Source of the DNA: Hyphomonadaceae bacterium
GTDB lineage: Bacteria; Pseudomonadota; Alphaproteobacteria; Caulobacterales; Aquidulcibacteraceae
Reading direction: 5' to 3'
NCBI GenBank assembly: GCA_033764725.1
Contig: JANRIR010000073.1
Span: 9,972-73,971, forward strand
Length of the DNA: 64,000 nt
Translations under genes and position numbers: made by a program
In this document: positions 19,291 to 31,358 of the stretch, piece by piece
Numbering within the stretch: position 1 is the first letter of the stretch
How the letters are laid out: each line of letters opens with the position of its first letter
The notes under the pieces: model-generated
Told to the model about the DNA's origin: nothing
Database searches by the model: none
The model's input: the letters and a program-made list of their open reading frames with translations, nothing else

Positions 19291-20043
19291 TCAGCTTTCC
19301 GTGGGCGAGAAATGCACGTCGCCCGCTGCTATGAGACGCAACCCTTCCGGGGTTTCAAGCTCAAGCTCGCCGCGGGGGGAAAGCCCGCGCGCGATCCCCT
19401 CGATCCGCGTCTCGCCGATCTGGGCGCTGGCGCGCGCGCCCAGGCCGTGCGCCCGCGCCAGCCATGCGGTGCGGATCGTGGCGAAGCCGTCCTGCTCGAG
19501 CGCGCCCGCCAGCGCTTCGAGGCGCCCGCGCACGGAGTCCAGAAAGACCTCCGGCGCCGGCGCGGCGACGCCCGGGGGCAGACGCAGCGCGAGCGCGGCG
19601 GTGGGATAGCCCGCATCACCCGGCGCGCCGGCCAGGTTCACGCCGAAGCCGAGCGCGAACCATGTCACGCCGGCGCCCGCGGCGCCGCTGTCGAGCAGCA
19701 CCCCGGCCGCCTTGCGCCCGTCGAGCAGCACGTCATTGGGCCATTTCAGCGTGGCGCAGGGCGCGCCCGCAGCGTCGTCGAGCGCCTCGGCGATGGCGAT
19801 GCCGGCGGCGAAGCCGAGCAGCGCGATCGCCGCCGGCGGCGCCGGCGTCGCGCCGAAATACGTCGCCATCAGATTGCCCGGCACGGTCGTCCAGGCGCGC
19901 CCGCGGCGGCCGCGTCCGGCGGTCTGCAGCCGCGCCAGAAGCCAGGCCGGGCCGAGATCGCCGAAATCGGCGCGCCGGCGCGCCTCGAGCATGGTGGAAT
20001 CGATCTCGTCGAACACGGCGAGCGGCGCGCCGAGCGCGAGCAT
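19291..20043 (-). CDS. birA: biotin--[acetyl-CoA-carboxylase] ligase (no HTH domain)
   Basis: Contains ..LLARLQTAGRGRRGRAW (GRGRxGR motif) and KWPNDVLL.GRK. The start MLALGAP (residue 212 of ORF 19291..20676) shares one base with the nuoN stop (TGATG). Confidence 0.88.
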   Translation of the reverse strand: MLALGAPLAVFDEIDSTMLEARRRADFGDLGPAWLLARLQTAGRGRRGRAWTTVPGNLMATYFGATPAPPAAIALLGFAAGIAIAEALDDAAGAPCATLKWPNDVLLDGRKAAGVLLDSGAAGAGVTWFALGFGVNLAGAPGDAGYPTAALALRLPPGVAAPAPEVFLDSVRGRLEALAGALEQDGFATIRTAWLARAHGLGARASAQIGETRIEGIARGLSPRGELELETPEGLRLIAAGDVHFSPTES

Positions 20044-21491
20044 CAGAAGCTTGTCGCCGCAGCGATGTCGGCCCAGCGTTCCAGCATGCCCAACGCGACG
20101 GCGAGGATCGGGAAGGTCAGCGCTGTGGCGGCCGCCGCCGTCAGCATCGCGCCGCCGGGCGCGCCGACCAGCGCCGGCGCCGGCGGGCGAAACCAGACGC
20201 TTGCCAGAATACGCAAATAGTACGCCGCCGCGATCACCGCGCACACGCCGCCCAGCACCGCAAGCCAGGCAAGACCGGCGCCCGCCGCCGCCGCGAACAC
20301 CGTGAACTTGCCGAAGAAGCCGGCGAGCGGGGGAATGCCGGCGAGCGAGAACAACAGCACGGTGAACATGGCCGCCGCGAACGGCTGGCGCGCGCCGACG
20401 CCGGCGAGATCGTCGATCGTCTCGACATGCGTCCCGTCGCGGCGCAAGGCGAGCACGAGCGCGAAGACGCCGATCGTCGCCGGCAGATAGAACGCCATGT
20501 ACAGCAGCGCCGAGGACGCGCCCTCCACGCCGCCCGCCGACAGCCCCATCAGCGCGAAGCCGACATTGGCGACCGACGAATACGCCATCAGCCGCTTCAG
20601 ATTGGTCTGCATCAGCGCAGCGATCGAACCCACCACCATTGAGATCGCCGACAGCGCGACAACGACCTGGCGCCATTGCTCGGTCATGTCTTCGAAAGGC
20701 GCATAAAGCACGCGCGCCATCAGCGCGATCGCGGCCATTTTCGGCGCCGCGGCGAAGAACGCCGTCACCGGCGTCGGCGCGCCTTCATAGACGTCAGGCG
20801 TCCACATGTGGAACGGCGCGGCGCTCATCTTGAAGGCGAGCGCGCACAGAACGAGCACCAGCCCGAACAATAGCCCCACGCCGCCGTCCTGCGCGGCCGC
20901 GGCGATGGCGTCGAACCGCACCGATCCGGTGAAGCCGTAGATATAGGACGCGCCGAACAACAGGAGGCCGGAGGCGATGGCGCCGAGCACGAAATATTTG
21001 ATGCCGGCTTCGGAGGATTTGGCGTCGTCGCGGCGCCACGCCGCCATGACATAGGCCGCAAGGCTTTGCAGCTCGAGCCCGACATAGAGCGTGATCAGGT
21101 CGTTGGCGGAGACCATCACGAACATGCCGAGCACCGCGAGCCCGGTCATGATCGGAAACTCGAAGCGGCTCTGCCGCGTCGCGCTGAAATAATCGGCGCC
21201 GAGCAGCAGCGTCGCGGCGGCGCAGAAGCCGATCACCGCCTTGGTGAAGCCGGCGAAGCCGTCGACCACGAGCGCGCCGCCGAACAGGATCTGCGGCGTC
21301 TGCGGGCTCCAGGAAAACGCCAGCGCGCCGGCGGCTGCGAAGGTCGCGGCGCCGAGCGCGGCCAGAAGGCCTGCTGCCTTGTCCTTGCCCCACGCGCCGA
21401 TCACGACGGCGATCAGCGCAAAGGCGGCCAGCGCCAGCTCCGGCGCCGCCCAATGCACGTTCCACAGGAACGGTTGCGCTTCGGCGGTCAT
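20043..21491 (-). CDS. nuoN: NADH-quinone oxidoreductase subunit N
   Basis: Polytopic antiporter-like subunit at the end of the nuo operon. The start [14 protein letters not shown] makes an ATGA overlap with the nuoM stop. Confidence 0.92.
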   Translation of the reverse strand: MTAEAQPFLWNVHWAAPELALAAFALIAVVIGAWGKDKAAGLLAALGAATFAAAGALAFSWSPQTPQILFGGALVVDGFAGFTKAVIGFCAAATLLLGADYFSATRQSRFEFPIMTGLAVLGMFVMVSANDLITLYVGLELQSLAAYVMAAWRRDDAKSSEAGIKYFVLGAIASGLLLFGASYIYGFTGSVRFDAIAAAAQDGGVGLLFGLVLVLCALAFKMSAAPFHMWTPDVYEGAPTPVTAFFAAAPKMAAIALMARVLYAPFEDMTEQWRQVVVALSAISMVVGSIAALMQTNLKRLMAYSSVANVGFALMGLSAGGVEGASSALLYMAFYLPATIGVFALVLALRRDGTHVETIDDLAGVGARQPFAAAMFTVLLFSLAGIPPLAGFFGKFTVFAAAAGAGLAWLAVLGGVCAVIAAAYYLRILASVWFRPPAPALVGAPGGAMLTAAAATALTFPILAVALGMLERWADIAAATSF

Positions 21492-22984
21492 GGCGCAGCG
21501 CTCCGGGCGGCTGCAAGCGCCTCGACGATCGTCTGCGCCGAGACGCGCGTGAAATCCAGCGCAAGGCTCGGCGCGAGGCCCAGGATCAGCGCAGCGGCGA
21601 CCAGCGGCGCGAACGTGATCCATTCGCGCGCATCGAGATCGGCGATGGCGGCGAGTTTGGGATTGTCGAGCGTGCCGAAGGCGACCTTGCGATAGAGCGT
21701 CAACGCATAGACAGCCGACAGGATGACCCCCACGCACGCGCCCGCCGCGACCCACGGATTGACCTGGAACGCCCCCGTCATGGTCAGGATTTCACCGGGG
21801 AAGCCGCTCAAACCCGGCAGGCCGACATTGCCCATGGTGAACAGCATGAACACCGCGGCATACACCGGCATGCGGTGCACGAGCCCGCCATAGAAGGCGA
21901 TCTCGCGGGTGTGCATGCGGTCATAGACGACGCCGACGCACAGGAACAACGCGCCCGAAATCACGCCGTGCGACAGCATCTGGAAGATGGCGCCCTGCAC
22001 GCCCTGCTCGTTGCCGGCGAAGATGCCCATCGTCACGAAGCCCATATGGGCGACGGACGAATAGGCGATCAGCTTCTTGATGTCGGTCTGCCGGAAGGCG
22101 ACCAGCGAGGCGTAGACGATCGCGATCACGCTCAGGGCGAACACCAGCGGCGCAAACAGCGCCGAGGCATCGGGGAACATCGGCAGCGAAAAGCGCAGGA
22201 AGCCGTAGCCGCCCATTTTCAACAGAATCGCGGCGAGCACGACGGATGCGGCCGTCGGCGCCTCGACGTGCGCGTCGGGCAGCCAGGTGTGCACCGGCCA
22301 CATCGGCATCTTCACCGCGAAGGAGGCGAAGAACGCGAGCCACAGCCAGGTCTGCAGCGCGGGATCGAAGCCGTGCGCGGTGAGCTCCGGAATGCTCGTC
22401 GTGCCGGCCTCTAGCGCCATCACCACGATCGCCACGAGCATCAGGATCGAGCCCAACAGCGTGTAGAGAAAGAACTTGAACGCCGCATAGATGCGCCGCG
22501 CGCCGCCCCAAACCCCGATGAGAATGAACATCGGAATGAGGCCGGCCTCAAAGAAGACGTAGAACACCACGATGTCGAGCGCGGCGAACACGCCGATCAT
22601 CAGGGTTTCCAAAATCAGGAACAGCGTCATGTAGGACGCGACCTGCTTGTCAATCGACCAGCTCGCCAGGATGCACAGCGGCATGAGCGCCGTGGTCAGC
22701 ACGATCAGCGCCAGCGCCAGCCCGTCGACGCCCATATGGTACGACACGCCAAACGCCCATGGCGTGCGCTCGACGAATTGATAGCCGGGCGCTGCAGGAT
22801 CGAAGCCGGCCAGGATGATCATGCTGACGATGAACGCAGCGATCGTGACGATCAGCGCCATCAGCTTCACGCCGCGATCGAGCCCGGGATTGTCGCCCGA
22901 CGCGCTCCAGCGCGCGGCCATGATCAACAGCGCGCCCGCCGCCGGCAGGAACGTCATGATCGACAGAAGCGGCAGGCCGTTCAT
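21488..22984 (-). CDS. nuoM: NADH-quinone oxidoreductase subunit M
   Basis: [21 protein letters not shown].. is an antiporter-like subunit. It makes an ATGA overlap with the nuoL stop. Confidence 0.93.
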   Translation of the reverse strand: MNGLPLLSIMTFLPAAGALLIMAARWSASGDNPGLDRGVKLMALIVTIAAFIVSMIILAGFDPAAPGYQFVERTPWAFGVSYHMGVDGLALALIVLTTALMPLCILASWSIDKQVASYMTLFLILETLMIGVFAALDIVVFYVFFEAGLIPMFILIGVWGGARRIYAAFKFFLYTLLGSILMLVAIVVMALEAGTTSIPELTAHGFDPALQTWLWLAFFASFAVKMPMWPVHTWLPDAHVEAPTAASVVLAAILLKMGGYGFLRFSLPMFPDASALFAPLVFALSVIAIVYASLVAFRQTDIKKLIAYSSVAHMGFVTMGIFAGNEQGVQGAIFQMLSHGVISGALFLCVGVVYDRMHTREIAFYGGLVHRMPVYAAVFMLFTMGNVGLPGLSGFPGEILTMTGAFQVNPWVAAGACVGVILSAVYALTLYRKVAFGTLDNPKLAAIADLDAREWITFAPLVAAALILGLAPSLALDFTRVSAQTIVEALAAARSAAP

Positions 22985-25038
22985 GGCGCCGCTCCCGCGC
23001 CGCCGGCCCAAATCGCGTAGGCGCCGAAGCCCACCGCCGCCGCCAGCATCAGGAAGCCGTAATGATAGACGTATCCGGTCTGCGCGCGGCGCATCTGGCG
23101 CGCAGCCAGTCGCGCCGTCGAGGCCACGCCGTCAGGGCCGAGCCCGTCGATGAGCCGCTGATCGCCGCCCTTCCAGAGGAGATCGCCGAGCGCGCGCGCG
23201 CCCTTCACGAAGATGAAGTCGTAGATCTCGTCGAAAAACCATTTGCGGTAGAGGAAGGCATGCAACGGCCCGCCCGCCGCGGCGATGCGCGCACCGAGAC
23301 CCTGGTTCAACAGGTAGAAGAACACCGCGAACAGAAAGCCCACGGCCGTGACCGCCAGCGGCGCCCAGATCACCCAGGCCGGGGGATGGTGGTGCTCGCC
23401 ATGCGCGAGATGCAGCGCATCGCGCCAGAACGGGCCCGACAATTCGCCGACGAAATATGGCTTGAACGCAAAGCCCGCAAATACCGCGCCGGCCGCGAGC
23501 ACGAACAGCGGCACGAGCATCACCCAAGGCGATTCATGCGCCGGCGCCGCGCCGTCGTCGCGGCCGCCGTGCTGCGCGGGCGCATGCGCGTCGGCGGCGT
23601 GGGCGCCATGATCGTCATGCGCATCATGGCCGTCATGGGCATGCGCATCGTGGGCGGCGCCCCGATAGCGTCCCTCGAACGTCATGAAGATCAGGCGCCA
23701 GGAATAGAAGCTCGTCAGCAGCGCTGCGCCGAGCCCCGCCCAGAACGCCAGTTCGCCGCCGATGCGCCCGGCATGTCCCGCCGCATAGGCCGCCTCGATG
23801 GCGGCGTCCTTGGAATAGAAGCCCGCAAAGCCGAACACGCCGGGAATGCCGAAGCCGATCAGGGCGAGCGTGCCGATCACCATCATCGCGTACGTGGTGG
23901 GCATGGGTTTGCGCACGCCGCCCATGTTGCGCATGTCCTGCTCGTGATGCAGGCCATGGATCACCGAGCCCGAGCCCAGGAACAAAAGCGCCTTGAAGAA
24001 GGCGTGCGTGAACAGATGGAACATCGCCACGCCATAGGCGCCGACGCCGGCGGCGAAGAACATGTAGCCGAGCTGCGAACACGTCGAATACGCCACGACG
24101 CGCTTGATGTCGTTCTGCGCCAGACCCACGGTGGCCGCGAAAAACGCCGTGATCGCGCCGATGATGGTGACGAAGCCGGCCGCGTTCGGCGCGAGTTCGA
24201 ACAGGTCCGAGCAGCGGCACACCATGAACACGCCCGCCGTCACCATGGTGGCGGCGTGGATCAGCGCCGACACGGGCGTTGGGCCCTCCATCGCGTCGGG
24301 CAGCCACACATGCAGGAAGAATTGCGCGCTCTTGCCCATCGCGCCGATGAACAGGAGCACCGCGATCGTCTCGACCGCCGGAACCTGCAGTGCGCCCACC
24401 ACGAGCATCAGATCAGGCCGGGCCTCCGCGGCGGCGAACACCTCGTCGAAGCGGATTGAGCCATAGCAGAAGAACGCCGCCATGATGCCGAGCGCGAAGC
24501 CGAAATCGCCTACGCGATTGACCACGAACGCCTTGATCGCGGCGTCATTGGCGGAGCGCTTGTCGAACCAGAAGCCGATCAGCAGATAGGACGCGACGCC
24601 CACGCCCTCCCAGCCGAAGAACATCTGCAGGAAGTCGTTCGCAGTCACCAGCGCGAGCATCGCGAACGTGACGAAGGACAGATACGAAAAGAAGCGCGCC
24701 TTGTGCGGATCCTCGGCCATGTAGCCGATGGAATAGACATGCACGAGGAACGACACGCTCGTGACGACGACGAGCATCACGGCCGAGAGCGCGTCGATGC
24801 GCACCGACCACGTGGAGCTGAAGCCGCCGACATCGATGAAGCGGAACAGCTCGATGACGCGCGCGTCGCCCCCGAACCAGGTGAAGTCGGCGAAAATGTA
24901 CAGCGACAGCGCCAGCGCCACGCCGACCGACGCCGTCGTCACCGCCATCGCCAGGCGATCGCCCAGATAGCGCTGGAACAGGCCCGCGATGAGCGCGCCG
25001 AGCAGCGGCGACAAGACGACGATGGGCTCGAACGGCAT
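22981..25038 (-). CDS. nuoL: NADH-quinone oxidoreductase subunit L
   Basis: 685 aa, with an antiporter-like core plus a His/Asp-rich insertion and a C-terminal lateral-helix region. Position fits operon order. Confidence 0.93.
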   Translation of the reverse strand: MPFEPIVVLSPLLGALIAGLFQRYLGDRLAMAVTTASVGVALALSLYIFADFTWFGGDARVIELFRFIDVGGFSSTWSVRIDALSAVMLVVVTSVSFLVHVYSIGYMAEDPHKARFFSYLSFVTFAMLALVTANDFLQMFFGWEGVGVASYLLIGFWFDKRSANDAAIKAFVVNRVGDFGFALGIMAAFFCYGSIRFDEVFAAAEARPDLMLVVGALQVPAVETIAVLLFIGAMGKSAQFFLHVWLPDAMEGPTPVSALIHAATMVTAGVFMVCRCSDLFELAPNAAGFVTIIGAITAFFAATVGLAQNDIKRVVAYSTCSQLGYMFFAAGVGAYGVAMFHLFTHAFFKALLFLGSGSVIHGLHHEQDMRNMGGVRKPMPTTYAMMVIGTLALIGFGIPGVFGFAGFYSKDAAIEAAYAAGHAGRIGGELAFWAGLGAALLTSFYSWRLIFMTFEGRYRGAAHDAHAHDGHDAHDDHGAHAADAHAPAQHGGRDDGAAPAHESPWVMLVPLFVLAAGAVFAGFAFKPYFVGELSGPFWRDALHLAHGEHHHPPAWVIWAPLAVTAVGFLFAVFFYLLNQGLGARIAAAGGPLHAFLYRKWFFDEIYDFIFVKGARALGDLLWKGGDQRLIDGLGPDGVASTARLAARQMRRAQTGYVYHYGFLMLAAAVGFGAYAIWAGGAGAAP

Positions 25039-25041
25039 CCG

Positions 25042-25350
25042 TCAGCCCTTCATCAAATTGATGTCTTCGACGGCGATGCCGCCGCGATTGCGGAAATAGG
25101 TGACCAGGATGGCGAGGCCGACGGCGGCCTCTGCGGCCGCGACCGTCAACACCATCATGGCGAAGATCTGCCCCTCCAGATTGTTCAGGAAGGCGGAGAA
25201 GGCGACGAGGTTGATGTTCACCGAGAGCAGCACAAGCTCGATCGACATCAGGATGACGATGACGTTCTTGCGATTCACGAAAATGCCGAACACGCCGATC
25301 GTGAACAGCGCGGCGGCGACGAACAGATAATGCTCCAGCCCGATCTGCAT
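25042..25350 (-). CDS. nuoK: NADH-quinone oxidoreductase subunit K
   Basis: 102 aa with three TM helices. [31 protein letters not shown].. is canonical. Confidence 0.95.
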   Translation of the reverse strand: MQIGLEHYLFVAAALFTIGVFGIFVNRKNVIVILMSIELVLLSVNINLVAFSAFLNNLEGQIFAMMVLTVAAAEAAVGLAILVTYFRNRGGIAVEDINLMKG

Positions 25351-25354
25351 CGCC

Positions 25355-25975
25355 TCAGCCCTCTGCGCCCAGGCCCTGGCCGGGCTTGACGTCCTTCAGC
25401 TCCACGCCCTGTGCGCGCCGGCGTCCGACCTGGGCGGCGACGTCCTGACGGCGCACGCCGGGGCGCTCGCGCAAGGTCAGCACGATGGCGCCGACCATCG
25501 CCACGAACAGCACCATGCCGGCGAGCTGAAACACGACGATATAATCCGTGTAGAGCACGCGCCCGATGGCTTCGGCGTTGGTGACGCCGCTCTCGGCCGC
25601 AAGCGGCGTGGCGGGACGGCCTTGCGCGGCCTGCATGGCGGCGTTCGAGATGAGGCCAAGCTCGGCGAACATGGCGAGCGCCACCAGCGCGCCCAGGGGC
25701 AGATAATTCAGAAAACCCGATTTCAGTTCGGCGAAATCGACGTCGAGCATCATGACGACGAACAGAAACAACACCGCCACCGCGCCGACATAGACGACCA
25801 CCAGCAGCATCGCGAGAAATTCCGCGCCCATGAGCACGAACAGACCTGCGGCGGTGAAGAAGGTGAGGATGAGGAACAGCACCGAATGCACCGGGTTGCG
25901 CGCGGAGATCACCCCGAACGCAGAGACCACCGCGGTCGCCGCCAGCGCATAGAAGGCGAAAGCCGAAGCGATCAT
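25355..25975 (-). CDS. nuoJ: NADH-quinone oxidoreductase subunit J
   Basis: 206-aa membrane subunit. Position and sequence are typical of NuoJ. Confidence 0.92.
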   Translation of the reverse strand: MIASAFAFYALAATAVVSAFGVISARNPVHSVLFLILTFFTAAGLFVLMGAEFLAMLLVVVYVGAVAVLFLFVVMMLDVDFAELKSGFLNYLPLGALVALAMFAELGLISNAAMQAAQGRPATPLAAESGVTNAEAIGRVLYTDYIVVFQLAGMVLFVAMVGAIVLTLRERPGVRRQDVAAQVGRRRAQGVELKDVKPGQGLGAEG

Positions 25976-26460
25976 CGGTAGGGCGCGTCCAGCTCGAGGT
26001 TGCGGGCGATTTCACGCTCCCAGCGGTCGCCGTTCGCGAGCAGGCGCTCCTTGTCGTAGAACAATTCCTCGCGCGTCTCGACGGCGAACTCGAAATTCGG
26101 CCCCTCCACGATCGCATCGACGGGGCACGCCTCCTGGCAGAAGCCGCAATAGATGCACTTCGTCATGTCGATATCGTAGCGCGTGGTGCGGCGGGAGCCA
26201 TCCTCGCGCGGCTCGGCCTCGATGACGATGGCCTGGGCGGGGCAGATCGCCTCGCACAGCTTGCACGCGATGCAGCGCTCCTCGCCGTTGGGATAGCGGC
26301 GCAACGCGTGTTCGCCGCGGAAACGCGGGCTCAAGGGGTTTTTCTCGAACGGGTAGTTCACGGTCGCCTTGCGGCGGAACATGTATTTGATCCCCAAAGC
26401 GAAGCCGCCCAGGAAATCCAGCATCAAGGCGCCGCGCGCCGCTTGGAGAAGCCTGTCCAT
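25972..26460 (-). CDS. nuoI: NADH-quinone oxidoreductase subunit I
   Basis: Two CxxCxxCxxxCP ferredoxin motifs ([24 protein letters not shown]). The start is at [16 protein letters not shown] (residue 24 of the ORF). Confidence 0.94.
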   Translation of the reverse strand: MDRLLQAARGALMLDFLGGFALGIKYMFRRKATVNYPFEKNPLSPRFRGEHALRRYPNGEERCIACKLCEAICPAQAIVIEAEPREDGSRRTTRYDIDMTKCIYCGFCQEACPVDAIVEGPNFEFAVETREELFYDKERLLANGDRWEREIARNLELDAPYR

Positions 26461-26467
26461 CAGAGCC

Positions 26468-27529
26468 TCACACCGCGCCCGCGGCGACCGCCGCGCTTTG
26501 GGGCGCCAGGAACGTGACATAGGCCGCAATCGCCACGACCGCGACGAGCGAGGTCGGCAGGAAAATCTTCCAGCCCAGCCGCATCAATTGATCGTAGCGA
26601 TAGCGCGGCACGATCGCCTTCACCATCGCGAACAGGAAGAACACCCCCCAAAGCTTCGCATAGAAGACGAGGAAGGCGAGGAAGGAATTGTCCACCGGCC
26701 CCCAAGGCAGATGCCAGCCGCCGAGGAACAGGATGTTGATCATCGCGCACATGAGCGCGATGTTCAAATATTCCCCGATCATGAACAGCAGATAGGGCGT
26801 GGACGAATACTCCACCTGATAGCCCGCGACCAGTTCGCTCTCGGCCTCTGGCAGGTCGAAGGGCGGGCGGTTGGTTTCCGCCAGCGCCGACACGAAGAAG
26901 ATCACCAGCATCGGCAGCATGACGACCACCGTCGGCGGCGCGAAAGCGTGCCAGGAGAGGATCCCGTCGCGCTGATTGTCGACGATGGCGGTCAAATTGA
27001 GCGTGCCCGCCAAAAGCAGCACGGTGATGATGATGAAGCCGATCGAGACTTCGTAGCTCACCATTTGCGCCGCGCTGCGCAGGCCGCCGAGGAAGGGATA
27101 TTTCGAGTTCGACGCCCAGCCGCCCATGATGATGCCGTAAACGCCGAGCGACGAGATCGCGAACAGGTAAAGGATCCCGACATTGAGGTCGGAGACCACC
27201 CATCCCGGCGCCAGCGGCACCACCGCCCACGCCGCAAACGCCAACGTGAACGTCAGCCAGGGCGCCAGGATGAACACCGTCTTATTGGCGCCTGCGGGAA
27301 TGATGATTTCCTTGAGCACGAACTTGAAGAAGTCCGCAAAGCTCTGCAGCAGCCCAAACGGGCCCACGACGTTGGGGCCCTTGCGCAGCATCACCGCCGC
27401 CCAGACCTTGCGGTCGAAGAGCAGCAGAAACGCCAGCGACAAAAGCAGCATGACCATCACGGCCAGGATCTGGCCGACGCCCAGCCACACGCCCCAGACA
27501 GGGCCGTATTGCGCAATCAGGTCGCTCAT
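26468..27529 (-). CDS. nuoH: NADH-quinone oxidoreductase subunit H
   Basis: 353 aa. ..[32 protein letters not shown].. is the NuoH/ND1 signature. Confidence 0.95.
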   Translation of the reverse strand: MSDLIAQYGPVWGVWLGVGQILAVMVMLLLSLAFLLLFDRKVWAAVMLRKGPNVVGPFGLLQSFADFFKFVLKEIIIPAGANKTVFILAPWLTFTLAFAAWAVVPLAPGWVVSDLNVGILYLFAISSLGVYGIIMGGWASNSKYPFLGGLRSAAQMVSYEVSIGFIIITVLLLAGTLNLTAIVDNQRDGILSWHAFAPPTVVVMLPMLVIFFVSALAETNRPPFDLPEAESELVAGYQVEYSSTPYLLFMIGEYLNIALMCAMINILFLGGWHLPWGPVDNSFLAFLVFYAKLWGVFFLFAMVKAIVPRYRYDQLMRLGWKIFLPTSLVAVVAIAAYVTFLAPQSAAVAAGAV

Positions 27530-28002
27530 GACGCGTGCGCCATGGCGCGCCGCGCCGCCGCCAGACGCTCTACGCCGATCAGCTGCTCCCAGCCGAACGC
27601 GTGCTCGCTCGCGCCTTCACGGCGATAGCGCTCAAGCCGCGCCATGGCCTCTGCAGCGCTCGGGTGCGCACCCTCCGCCACGCGCCACATCACGACATGG
27701 GCGCTGTCCATCGCGTCGAACCATTCGCGCCGCCGCGCATAAAAGCGCTGGTGAACCGTGTGGAAGACGAACCGCTCAAGCGCCTCTGCGCTCTCCCATA
27801 CCGACACATTGATCAGCAGCAGCGGGTCGTCGTCGACGCGAATGCCGGTCGCGTCGCCGGCGTCGTCCTTGAGCCGCCACATAAAGCCCGGCGAGCGCTC
27901 GGCCAGCGCATTGATCCGCTCGAGATTGTTCGCGAAATCGGCCGAACGCGGATCGTCCAACGGATGGCGCAGGCGGGCGATGTTCAGTTCCGCGATCGGC
28001 AT
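27526..28002 (-). CDS. DUF3291-like protein inserted between nuoG and nuoH
   Basis: [44 protein letters not shown].. matches the DUF3291 N-terminal pattern as I recall it. The stop makes an ATGA overlap with the nuoH start. The start is Met 68 of ORF 27526..28203. Confidence 0.7.
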   Translation of the reverse strand: MPIAELNIARLRHPLDDPRSADFANNLERINALAERSPGFMWRLKDDAGDATGIRVDDDPLLLINVSVWESAEALERFVFHTVHQRFYARRREWFDAMDSAHVVMWRVAEGAHPSAAEAMARLERYRREGASEHAFGWEQLIGVERLAAARRAMAHAS

Positions 28003-28006
28003 GGCG

Positions 28007-30121
28007 CTACTCCGCCGCCACGCGCGCGGCGCCGTGCGCGGCGCGCGCCTGCGCGCACGCCGCCATCGTCTTGGAGGCGCGCGCGATCGGGTTGGAGAAA
28101 TAGAAATCCGCCACCGCAGAGCGGAACGGCGCGTCGCGCATGGCGCCGGCGGCGCCAAGCTTGGCGGGATCGAAGCCGGCCGCCTCGGCCGCGCCGGGCG
28201 CATAATCGACCTGCCCGAAGCTTGGATGCTCGGCGATCATGCGCGCGCGCAGGGCGGCGAGATCGTCATACGGCAGCGTCTTGTCGAGACGCGCCGAGAG
28301 CGCGCGCAGGATCGCCCAATCTTCGCGCGCTTCGCCCTTCGGGAACACCGCGCGGCGGCCATATTGGACGCGGCCTTCGGTGTTCACCCAGGTCGCGTCC
28401 TTCTCGGTGTAGGCCGCGGCCGGCAGGACGATGTCGGCGCGATGGGCGCCCGCGTCGCCATGGCTGCCGAGATAGATCACCACGCCACGCCCCGGGGCAG
28501 GCAGCGTCAAATCGTCGGCGTTCAGCAGCAGCAGCGCATCGAGCGTGCCGGCGTTGCACGCCTCCACCATCTCGCTCGCATCGAGGCCGCCGGATTTCGG
28601 CGTGAAGCCCAGATCGAGGCCGGCGACGCGCGCGGCGGCGGTGTGCAGCACGCAGAAGCCGTTCCAGCCCTCGTCCGGCTTCACAACGCCGACCGCGGCG
28701 GCGAGTTCGCCGGCTGCACGCAACACCTGCGCGCTATCGCTGCGCGTCAACGCCCCCTGCCCGATCACGATCATCGGGCGCTTGGCCTGCTTCAGCACGT
28801 CGGCGAAGCCGCCGCCCTGCGCGAGTTCCGTAAGCGCAGACGGGCCGGCGCCGAGATGGGCGTAGCGATAGGTGAGGTCGGCCGCCTCGCCGATCACGCC
28901 GATCGCGGCGTCGCGCTTCAGCCACGCGCGGCGGATGCGGGCGTTGAGCGTCGGCGCCTCGATGCGCGGATTGGTCCCGATCAGCAGGATCGCGTCGGCC
29001 TCGTCGATCCCCGCGACCGACGCGTTGAACAGCCAGCTCTGACGCGGACCGGCGCCGAGCACGGTTCCGTCCGGCCGGCAATCGCGATTGGGCGAGCCGA
29101 GCGCGCCAAACAGATCGAGCGCGGCCTTCATGCTTTCCGCGCAGGCGAGGTCGCCCGCGATGACGCCGATGCGGCGCGGATCGCCGCCGAGCGCGCGCGC
29201 GGCGGCGTCGAGCGCCTCGTCCCAGCGCGCCGGACGCAGCGCGCCGTCGACGCGCACATAAGGCCTGTCAAGCCGTTGGCGCTGCAGGCCGTCGACGGCG
29301 AAGCGCGTCTTGTCGGAGATCCATTCCTCGTTGATCTCGTCGTTCACGCGCGGCAGCGCGCGCAGCACCTGATCGCCGCGTGCATCGATGCGGATGTTCG
29401 CGCCGAGCGCGTCCATCACGTCGACCGTTTCGGTTTTGCGCAACTCCCAGGGCCGCGCGTTGAAGGCGTAAGGCCGCGACGTCAGCGCGCCGACGGGGCA
29501 CAGATCAATCACGTTGGCCGACAATTCCGACGTGAGCGCGGCTTCCAGATAGGTGGTGATCTCCATGTCCTCGCCGCGCCCCGTGGCGCCGAGCTCGGGC
29601 ACGCCGGCGATCTCCTGGGCGAAGCGGACGCAGCGCGTGCATTGGATGCAGCGCGTCATCACCGTTTTGACGAGCGGGCCCATGTGTTTTTCTTCGACCG
29701 CGCGCTTGTTCTCGTCGAAGCGCGAGGCGCCGCGGCCATAGGCCATCGACTGGTCCTGCAGATCGCATTCCCCGCCCTGATCGCAGATCGGGCAATCGAG
29801 CGGGTGATTGATGAGCAGAAACTCCATCACGCCCTCGCGCGCCTTCTTCACGGCGGGCGATGCGGTGATCAATTCGTTGAGCGCGCCCTCCTTCGCGGGC
29901 GGCAGATCGCGCACCTGCTGGGCGCACGAGGCCACCGGCTTGGGGCCCAGGCGCCCGCCGACCTTCACCTCGATCAGGCACATGCGGCAATTGCCGGCGA
30001 TCGACAGCCGCTCGTGATAGCAAAAACGCGGAATCTCGACGCCCGCCGCTTCGCAGGCCTGCAGCAGAGTGAACTCAGGCGGGACGTCGACTTCAACGCT
30101 GTCGACGAGAATCTTCGTCAT
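28007..30121 (-). CDS. nuoG: NADH-quinone oxidoreductase subunit G
   Basis: 704 aa with 2Fe-2S and 4Fe-4S Cys clusters (CYHERLSIAGNCRMCLIE, CPICDQGGECDLQD, CIQCTRCVRF) and a molybdopterin-like domain. Confidence 0.95.
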   Translation of the reverse strand: MTKILVDSVEVDVPPEFTLLQACEAAGVEIPRFCYHERLSIAGNCRMCLIEVKVGGRLGPKPVASCAQQVRDLPPAKEGALNELITASPAVKKAREGVMEFLLINHPLDCPICDQGGECDLQDQSMAYGRGASRFDENKRAVEEKHMGPLVKTVMTRCIQCTRCVRFAQEIAGVPELGATGRGEDMEITTYLEAALTSELSANVIDLCPVGALTSRPYAFNARPWELRKTETVDVMDALGANIRIDARGDQVLRALPRVNDEINEEWISDKTRFAVDGLQRQRLDRPYVRVDGALRPARWDEALDAAARALGGDPRRIGVIAGDLACAESMKAALDLFGALGSPNRDCRPDGTVLGAGPRQSWLFNASVAGIDEADAILLIGTNPRIEAPTLNARIRRAWLKRDAAIGVIGEAADLTYRYAHLGAGPSALTELAQGGGFADVLKQAKRPMIVIGQGALTRSDSAQVLRAAGELAAAVGVVKPDEGWNGFCVLHTAAARVAGLDLGFTPKSGGLDASEMVEACNAGTLDALLLLNADDLTLPAPGRGVVIYLGSHGDAGAHRADIVLPAAAYTEKDATWVNTEGRVQYGRRAVFPKGEAREDWAILRALSARLDKTLPYDDLAALRARMIAEHPSFGQVDYAPGAAEAAGFDPAKLGAAGAMRDAPFRSAVADFYFSNPIARASKTMAACAQARAAHGAARVAAE

Positions 30122-30262
30122 GATGCGGCCGGTGAAATTTCGCCGCAGGGGATGGACGATTTGCGGCGCCGCATCAAGGGGGCGGCGTGCGCTCTAGCGT
30201 CGCCACCCCCGTTCGAACGACTATAGGCATTGGTTCCTAGGCATTGCGTCGCGCGGCATCCC

Positions 30263-31204
30263 TCAACGGGCCGACATGATCTCCTTGCGGCCATTGCGCC
30301 AAAGCTGCAGAAGGCGCGGGCCGAGCATCCAGTTGCGCCCGCTGGCGATGGTGGCCATCCGGTCGAGCGGCAAGGCGGCGACGGCCTCAGGCGGCCGCGA
30401 CACGTAGAGTTCGGCAAACAACAGGCCCTCGGCCTCGAACCCCTCTGCGTTGACCCCGCGGCGCTCCAACAGGTCCAACACATCGGCGGCCTCAGCGGCG
30501 TCACGAAAGCGGCGCTGGAGAAAGGCGGCCGAGCTGAGCTTCTCCGTCATCAGCCCCATCCGCGCGAGGCGATCGGTGACGGGCGCGTAATCGACCATGC
30601 GCAGCACGAACGAGACGATCCATGGCGGGCGCGTCGGCTGCGCGGCGATGTGGGCGAACGTTTTCTGCGTGACGTAGCCCACGGCGCCGGTCGACACCAC
30701 GATATCGACCCCCTCCAGCATGGCGCAGGCGCCCGCGCTGGGCGCGGCGCGTTCGAAATTCTCCGCGATTCCGGCGTCCAACAGGCCAACGGCCTCTGCA
30801 TAGGCGAGCGCCGGCTGCGAACTGTCGAGGCCGATCATCCGCTCCGAGCGCGTGCGCGGCCAGGATTGAAAATAGCAACGGTCGAGGCGCTGCAAGTCCT
30901 CGGTGGCGAGGCTCAGCATCTCGCGGCGCGCATAGCGGCGTCGGATCATGTCGAACGTCAACGGATAGCGCATCAGCGCCGCGTTGATGCCGTATGAGGC
31001 GCCGATGTCGAGGATGGTCGCGGAACGTCCAGATTGCGCGCGCCAAGCGTCCGCGATCTGCCTGATGATCGGTCGGGCCAGATCGGGGATCGCGTAGTCG
31101 AGAGACCCCAAGGTGGAATAATAGGCGCGCGGATCGGCGCTCACATAGATATCGTCGAACGACGCCTTGACCGCGTTGACGTCGATGCTGTGCGTTGACT
31201 TCAT
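30263..31204 (-). CDS. class I SAM-dependent methyltransferase-like protein (nuoF-nuoG insert)
   Basis: 313 aa starting at MKSTHSIDV (residue 50 of ORF 30263..31351). ILDIGASYG resembles SAM-binding motif I. The family assignment is tentative. Confidence 0.6.
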   Translation of the reverse strand: MKSTHSIDVNAVKASFDDIYVSADPRAYYSTLGSLDYAIPDLARPIIRQIADAWRAQSGRSATILDIGASYGINAALMRYPLTFDMIRRRYARREMLSLATEDLQRLDRCYFQSWPRTRSERMIGLDSSQPALAYAEAVGLLDAGIAENFERAAPSAGACAMLEGVDIVVSTGAVGYVTQKTFAHIAAQPTRPPWIVSFVLRMVDYAPVTDRLARMGLMTEKLSSAAFLQRRFRDAAEAADVLDLLERRGVNAEGFEAEGLLFAELYVSRPPEAVAALPLDRMATIASGRNWMLGPRLLQLWRNGRKEIMSAR

Positions 31205-31358
31205 CTCTTTTCTCCTGCGGACGCGCGTGAACGAGGTGCAAACGCGCGCGTACGGGGCGGGCCGCCCAAATCGATGCCCAGGACTCCTTGGTGAAGCGCA
31301 GGCCTTATAGGCCGCCGCGCGGCGGAACGCCAAACCGCAGCGCCCTAGCATCCGCCCG

